Part shown: piece after piece, positions 57,337 to 64,000 of the stretch
Layout: each line of letters starts with the position of its first letter
Numbering within the stretch: the stretch's first letter is position 1
Origin: Sphagnum compactum
Lineage: Eukaryota
NCBI GenBank assembly: GCA_965153455.1
Contig: OZ234493.1
Span: forward strand, 30,556,213 to 30,620,212
Length of the DNA: 64,000 nucleotides
Direction: 5' to 3'
Notes under the pieces: generated by a model
What the model saw: only the letters and a program-made list of their open reading frames with translations
What the model was told of the DNA's origin: nothing
The model's database searches: none
Position numbers and translations under genes: made by a program

Positions 57337-57520
57337 ATATCTACGAGATTGCAGAAAAATCCACAATCACATTTGAAGGTAACCAAACAAACATGAAAAG
57401 AACCAGTGTAATAATAACTGTAGGAGTGTGACAAAATATGAAGCTACCGCTTTCATCATGAATGAAAGTTGTTAGCTGCCATTACTCCCCACTGACTTCG
57501 TCAGCTCCTGACAGTGGGTG
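57337..57520 (-). repeat. Dispersed element, copy 3 (downstream of the TAF10 stop, same strand)
   Basis: The reverse complement reads CAGGAGCTGACGAAGTCAGTGGGGAGTAATGGCAGCTAAC...TCATGATGAAAGCGGT...GGTTACCTTCAAATGTGATTGTGGATTTTTCTGCAATCTCGTAGATA. Confidence 0.85.
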
Positions 57521-58625
57521 TGTATAAGTACATAAAAGTCTGCTCAAAATACGAGGCAAAAGAAATTTACAAAAAATCCAAAGTTTCTTTTGCTTTTTGG
57601 AAGAAACAAGCAGGAGTGAGTCATGATATCAGCTAGCACTCAAGAGACAGCTAATCCAAAAAGGCATTAGTGTGCTCATTCAACTTGCAACAAGCTTGAG
57701 TGTCAGCTTTACAATGAGATAACATACACCCTCCAAAATGATAATCAGTTGTAACTGTGCACAACCAATCTTCAAAAGAGGAAACATTTCACAAAGTTTA
57801 CCATCCAATTGTTGCATTGACACCATCTGTTCTTCCTCAGGCATTTACCATAATCTTGCTTCTAATGCATGCAATTTCCACCCAGTCAATTTCTCCAATG
57901 GTGTTTCACTGATACTAACTCCACTAATCAATTGGTCACAAGGATACCAAGAAAACAGTAGCGCTTTGATCATAATCCAAAGTTGATATATTTTACAGAC
58001 AAAAGGTATGCTCATACTTCTCCAGTGGCATAAAACTGATTTCCCAAAGATAATTGTAATTACCTTTCAAGTACAACAATTCCAGTTGTTCCATTCTGTC
58101 AGTTTAAACTCTATACTTGGGGGCTGGCCCATCCAGTATTCCTTTCCTGTTCCTGTGCATGTATAACTTTCACCTAGGACAACTTCAACCAGCACTTCAC
58201 ACTCAGGGGCCAAGAGTACCCTTCAAATTATAGGCCTGTAAGAAATACATAGCCCTAGCCACCAAGTGTTGATATTTAATGGGTAATTACAGAGCAAACG
58301 CTCTCCTCATTGAAACACTGACAGGAGAATTAAGCAGTGACATGCATGAGCCATGAAAATCATCATGACCACCACTCACATAACAATGGAGATGTTGATT
58401 CAAAGATGTGTAATCTTGATATAGTACAGAGCTATTGCATGGCAAATGTCATCGAAGACTGCACAATAAGTTCGACTTCATGTGAAACTGCAGAAATGAA
58501 AGGACATGAACTCATTGTGTACAGATGGTTGGAAAAATCATGTCAGATAATTATGAACAAAGACACAGCAGCATGCACTATCTTTCAACTAGCATACCCT
58601 GGCACTATTTGGAAGGCAGTTAGAC

Positions 58626-60663
58626 TTAGTCACCAGTCTTTTGAGATGGAGCTGTTCCAGCTGTGGGGGAGTCTGCAAAATACTCTTGATGGTGTATGTT
58701 GACCCCATACTGCAGCCACCATTATCCCACAACCAGTAAATGCCAATACAATTCTGAAAACAAACATTCTGCATATCATTTGAGACTTGAAAACAGATCA
58801 CAAATGGTATGCAGACAAATGACACATGATTACTTGAGGAAACCTTATTGAAACAGGGAAATAGATTTACATTCACCAGGAATGTCAGTTCCTCCCTTAA
58901 AACAGTTTCACAATGGTTTCATAAAGAAAATGATACTTTCATGATGCACACAAGAGCAGTACATTAGTGTCAAAGAAGGCAAGAGGGTTCAAGTGTTCCA
59001 ACCTCCCGCAAAGCTGCTGACAAATCCTCTGTTGTTAACACAAGACGTTTCTCCTGCATTCTCCACCCCATGTACAGAAATATGAATTCCAGCAGATTAT
59101 CCAACACAATTGCTGCAATCTCTGACCACATGGCATTGCTGCATCCTTTTATAACCAGAGGGGTAGAAGATCAACTCACTCCAACCTTCAGGCAATAAAG
59201 GTCAGTTGTAACTCAGTAATAATACACCGACAAATGAGCAGCATTATTTTATTATTGCACTGAGTAAAAGACCAACAAAATTGGGTATAGAAGGTCAAAA
59301 CATGGAAGTGCAAAAAGGACTGATCTCACCTTTCCATGCTGATGCCCTTTCTTGTCCTTTGTGGCTGCAGCTTGCCTAATTTTGCAATACCTTGTCCAGC
59401 CAGCACCCACTCAAAACTCATTTAATAGCTTTTCATCTCTTTACATGTATATGAAAATATGTCATGAAAATAAAGAAGGGCTTACCAGAAAGGCACCAGA
59501 GACCTCATGCAAAAAAGAGAACTAAGATGCAGAACCCGCAGTGAAACTCTGCACCTTAGTTTGATCAGATCTACTTCTGACCCTGTTATATCTAAAGTTT
59601 TTTGGGAGATTTTTGTGAAGGATTCAGAAACTTACTGCAAAGCATCACTAGCAATTTCTCCAATAAACTTCTGGGCAGCTATGGACACCAACCTTGTTCT
59701 GCATATTGACAATCGTGAATATCAGCACAGTTGACATTTCTGAATTGCAATTTCAAAGAAACCCAAGTCCAAAATTACGGTGGACTTGGGAAGGGACATG
59801 CAGAGACCAAAGCAGATATGAAAAGAGAGGATGAGGGTGGCAAAGACTGCTAATTGATTTGACCTAAAGCATCCATCACTTTTAGCAAAGACAGTAGGTA
59901 GGGTAAGGATGTTTACACACGGATGTCAGGACATTGGAATCCACTCCTGCTCAAGTAGTGCTCTGCAAGCTCATCTGGAATCTGGCAATCATCCATATCA
60001 ATCAAGGCTCAGAAACACCATGCAATGTCCTGAAACTATCACTGGGGTAACATACACACTCTCTCTCTGTGTGACCTCATAAGCTAAGAAGATACAAAAG
60101 ATCCTCTCCTCCCCAATTCACTGTACTGGAATTGCACATGCAGCATAATATTTATAGATCCATGACCAAAAAGAAATCAGATAACTGAATCCCCAGTTAT
60201 ATGGCTAGTCTTCATGCAAATTTAACATCCCTGCAGACGAAAAGCATTCTGATATAGGCCTTCGGTTCTCTCTCGACCAGAGTACAAATGATATTTGCAT
60301 GCTCTGCACTGTGTATTGCCAGTACAAACAACATTGTTTGCAGTTGGAGTGAGCAAGCTACAAAACCCTAAATGATTCAAACACAACAAGAGTGCAAAGA
60401 CAGTAAACAAAACTCCATAACACTGGTTTTACCATGGATACGAGAGAGGGAGAGCTAAAACCTTAGCTCGGGTTTTAGCTCTCTCTCTCTCTCAGAATAC
60501 AAATGATATTTGCTCGCTGTGCACTGCGTATTGCCAGTACAAACAATATTGTTTGCAATTGGAGTGAGCAAGCCACAAAACCCTAATAAACCCTGAATGA
60601 TCCGAACACAATAAGAGTGCAAAGACAGTAAACAAAACCCCAGAACACCGGCTTTGACATGGA

Positions 60664-60705
<42 letters not shown>

Positions 60706-60940
60706 AAAATCCTCAACCAAAAACACTAAAAAATGATCGCTCCAAACCAAAGAACGCAAGGGAAAATAACGAAGAAGGAAATCCAAAAAAATTAGTATCG
60801 CTTACCGTGGGAGTATAGTCGAGGAGGGAGGAGAGAAAGTCAAGGAGAGCAGCATCGCTGTGAACTTGTGGTGGCTCCCCTGCTACTGCCGCCGCCGCCG
60901 CCGATACCGCAGCGCCCTGCTGCTGCTGTTGCTCCGCCAT
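58626..60940 (-). CDS. TAF10: Transcription initiation factor TFIID subunit 10, 6 coding exons
   Basis: Exons 60806-60940, 59917-59981, 59636-59698, 59330-59390, 59003-59053, 58626-58709 give MAEQQQQQ...DAALLDFLSSLLDYTPTIPDELAEHYLSRSGFQCPDIRVTRLVSIAAQKFIGEIASDALQYCKIRQ...KEKRLVLTTEDLSAALREYGVNIHHQEYFADSPTAG...*. Confidence 0.97.
60278..60702. repeat. ~170-bp tandem duplication in TAF10 intron 1, separated by a short hairpin and ending in (GA)n
   Basis: 60278-60447 and 60493-60670 align along their length. AGAGCTAAAACC (60451-60462) and GGTTTTAGCTCT (60471-60482) are inverted. (GA)n lies at 60666-60702. Confidence 0.9.
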
Positions 60941-61611
60941 CGCTGCTGCCCTCTACTGCCCTGCGCGCCATTCGCCGACGCCATGAACAAAACGCCAACT
61001 GGCTTGACGGGGAAGACGACCTATTGGATGAACCTCATCCGAAAATGGTTGTCTTCGACAAATATCATCTCACACTACAAGGAAGCTCCAGCAATGATGT
61101 AGATGAATGTGGATCGATATCCCGATGTCGTGGATGTGAAACAATTTTCTCCTGTGGATGAGAAAGCGTGTGGGCCAAGCTTCCGCGCGCTAGCGATGGA
61201 GGATGGGGGGCCGGGGCGGCCATATCGGCGCTTGCAGTAGTATCGTAGCAGGAGCGGCGGAAGAAGCAAGCTAGTATCCAGGCTCCAAAGACGACGTCGT
61301 AACTCAGAAGCAGCAGTGCCTGTGAACTGAAGCCTCTGGAAAATTTTAAGTGAGTTTCATGGAGTAGTAAGCAAGAAGTTGAAAGGAGGAGGAGATTATG
61401 GAGGTCCTGCACGGGTGTGGAATTATGTGTAAGGAGGAGGAGAGAGAATTCTAGAGGGAAAGGAGCGGGAAAATTTCGAACGCTCACTGTGTCGGATGCG
61501 TAAATTCTCTTTCGAGACAGCTTGATTTTTTCGTATCTGCGATCCAGATTCACATAATCGACCGAAGAAGCTGGTGTGGTATCGGTTTGCAAGTTGCGTT
61601 TGTGATCTAGA

Positions 61612-63233
61612 ATGGCGATCTACTAGTCAGTCTCTCTCTCTTTCTCTCTCGTCTCATCTGTCTGTTTCTCTCCCTATTTCTCCAAGCTGAGGTTTGCTGT
61701 TTTGATTCCTCACAAGCTTAGTTTATGCCTGCGCTCGTCGTGGTGTTAACTTACCACTTTCAAAGTATCGGCGTTGTGGAGTTTTTCTCTGCAATCTCAT
61801 AGATACATACTTCTTGCTTATAGATTGCAATTTGTTTGGGGATGAACAAAACACGCCATCTGAGCCTCATCAATCGCTCTTCTTCTCCTTTTTTCGCCCT
61901 AAACTTTGGATTTATTAGCCAGGTTTTCTTTCAAGTCTTCTTTCCATGTGGAAGCTTTCTGGCTCCACTCTAAACAGAATGTTGTTTTTGCTCTTTTCTC
62001 TTGCTGAAGGTGGAAACTCTAGGGCGATGACTGCACATGTCTGGTTGGATAGGGTACAGATGTTCCAAAGGAAATTGTATTCCTTGTATCATTGCTCCTT
62101 TCACATGTGTGTGCATTGACACATACTGTGCTCTGTCCAAGGAGATTAGAGTCCCTCCCGTTGATGATTCCATACAATATAGAGCTAATGTTTTTCATCC
62201 TCGATGCTCGACTTCCCAGCCTTGGGTCACTTCTGTTTTTAGTTTTAGGTCAAAAAGTTATTGTACAAGCTCCACCATATTCTGTAGTTATCTGCATGGC
62301 AACTCCTCATTGCTATCAGTGATGATGATGATGGTCTGACACTTTGTGAATGACTCTGACAAGGTTATGACTTCACCCATTATCCTCCTTTACCTTCAAC
62401 ATGCTGTGGAGATTTCTCTGCAATCTCATACATATATATATACACACATACTTATCTAAAACTGGCATCAATAGCTGATGAAGTCAGTGGGGGAGTAATG
62501 GCAGCTAGTCATGGCCAGTCATGATGAAGTGGTGGTCTGATACTTTGTGAGCTACTCTCACAGGGGTTATGAGTTATGATGGCATTCATTCTTGTCATGT
62601 TCGTTTTGGTTTTGCTGGAACTTACACTCTGGTTACCTCTAAAGTGTTATTGTGGATTAATCTGTGCAATCTCATATATTTTGTTTTGGTTTTGTTGGAA
62701 CTGATGCAATTGTTGCCTTCAAAGTGTTACTCTGGAGTTTGCAATCTCATAAATAATATCTGCATGATTGATCTTTGTAGGGGAGTCTCTGGGCTGTTTC
62801 AGGTGGGACTTAAAACTGTTTCACCTCCCATTTTCTGATATAGCCTTCTTATATTTCTCCCTGCAGCTGCAAAGGATGCAACAGATGTCTTAACCTTGAT
62901 GACGAGTTTCTGTATTCCGAAAACCAGTACTTTGATGCTGGACACAAGGGCACGTTGTCATTTTCTGAAGTTGATAAGAGTGATTTTCGGCAAAAGGAGC
63001 AAGTCAAATGCTTTCCATTCTTTGAGACACTGAATTATTGGGGAATTCAGAGGCGAAGGACAAAACTGATGTGTGCAGCTTGTGGCAAGTCTCTTGGCTA
63101 CATTTACAAGGATGGTCCACCAGTTGACCCAACGATTGGCCAATTTGGATTTGGTGCAACTCAAATGATTCCTCGCCTCCAAAGGTATCGCCTAAAGAGA
63201 GATGCCTTAAGAATTCGCTATAAAAATGTGTAA
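61612..63233 (+). CDS. Small CxxC...CxxC putative zinc-binding protein (At2g17705/At4g08330-like, Yippee/Mss4-like), 2 coding exons
   Basis: Exon 1 61612-61625 (ATGGCGATCTACTA|gt) plus exon 2 62867-63233 gives MAIYYCKGCNRCLNLDDEFLYSENQYFDAGHKGTLSFSEVDKSDFRQKEQVKCFPFFETLNYWGIQRRRTKLMCAACGKSLGYIYKDGPP...GQFGFG...PRLQRYRLKRDAL. PFFETLNYWGIQR and GYIYxDGPP match the recalled plant family. Confidence 0.88.
62315..62760 (+). repeat. Intronic dispersed element, copy 4, with local sub-duplications
   Basis: Core gctgatgaagtcagtgggggagtaatggcagctagtca at 62474-62511. The tail motif tgtgga....tctgcaatctcat recurs near 61775, 62405, 62651 and 62731, and atgatg..ggtctga.actttgtga occurs at 62325 and 62521. 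Confidence 0.85.
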
Positions 63234-64000
63234 TGTGGGAACTTGGAGCGGGGGTGAATAGTCTTCACATTGGCTTTCTTCTTTATGCCCTTGTACCATG
63301 AGATGTGAATTATAAACTCAGTGATAAGAGAGTGACTGCATTTCTTTTTGGCTTTGCAGCTGTGGAATTGGAAGTTAATTTTTGCTCCCTCCTGCAGCAT
63401 CTGTTTGAAAGACAAACTAAGCAAAAGTTATGTACCTTGTTTATTACATCACTACTTAGTCCACTTAAATGGGGACTCAATAGGAAAAATGCATCCCATA
63501 TTTAGGTTAAGTGATTTTGTAGAGCAGATGAATTCCTAATAACAGCGGAAGAATATAAGGCTTCCCATGTTATCTAATTGACAATTTATCTTGTAATTCA
63601 GTTGGTACTTCTGCCCATTTCTCTTTCAATAGCTCTGGAGTGCATGGATCCTAAAGCATTCCATGACATATTTTGGACAATCAGGAGAGATGGTAGGATT
63701 TAACTACTCTGTAAGTTGGGTGTTTCTTTGTGGAAGGATTCTCTTTTTCTTGTGGTTGGAGCAGTGGGTCACAGGACAGATGTTTTACGTGTTGGTGTTA
63801 TAGCAAGCAGATACTTGTGCCTATTGGAAGTTGTAGGGTTCCTTGCTTCCCCCATTGCAGTTGGTTTAGATGCTTTCTTTGCACGAAGGAGAAGCTAAAT
63901 TGAAATGAAGCTTACCCTTGTGAGCTGTGGGAGTACAAGTATTCGTTTTTCAAAATTAGCTATGCCTTTGTGAGGAAATGATAAATTTAATGGGCAGGGA

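Noticed and set aside
61065..61592. 175-aa minus-strand ORF and short plus-strand ORFs between TAF10 and the CxxC gene
   Set aside because: They lie in a GC-rich divergent promoter/UTR region. The long ORF has a non-ATG start, and no family or splice support was recognised.

Overview
This is plant nuclear genomic DNA from an intron-rich, AT-rich non-seed land plant. It is probably a moss; Sphagnum-like is my guess from protein divergence and repeat style, and is not proven. Seven intact spliced genes could be assembled by hand: a SEC14/CRAL-TRIO protein (+), the RNA polymerase II second-largest subunit NRPB2 (-, 25 exons), a RabB/Rab2 GTPase (+), an EBS/SHL-type BAH-PHD chromatin reader (-), a phosducin-like PLP3/TXNDC9 (-), TAF10 (-) and a small At2g17705/At4g08330-like CxxC..CxxC protein (+). 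NRPB2/RabB and TAF10/CxxC gene are head-to-head pairs. The intergenic blocks are decayed repeats: a 25/50-bp minisatellite, a young MITE with an 8-bp TSD, a PIF/Harbinger remnant, a non-LTR retroelement fragment and a cyclin-T pseudo-exon. The most notable observations are (i) the RabB exon 1/2 junction reading GDTRVGKS rather than GDTGVGKS, (ii) a ~200-bp element found four times, always in the sense orientation of the host or adjacent gene, with a conserved hairpin core, (iii) an orphan cyclin-T fragment, (iv) three ATGGCG starts in all three frames at the TAF10 start and (v) a GC-AG intron. Most ORFs in the supplied track are spurious or are partial exons. I could not demonstrate a wholly new multi-gene system.
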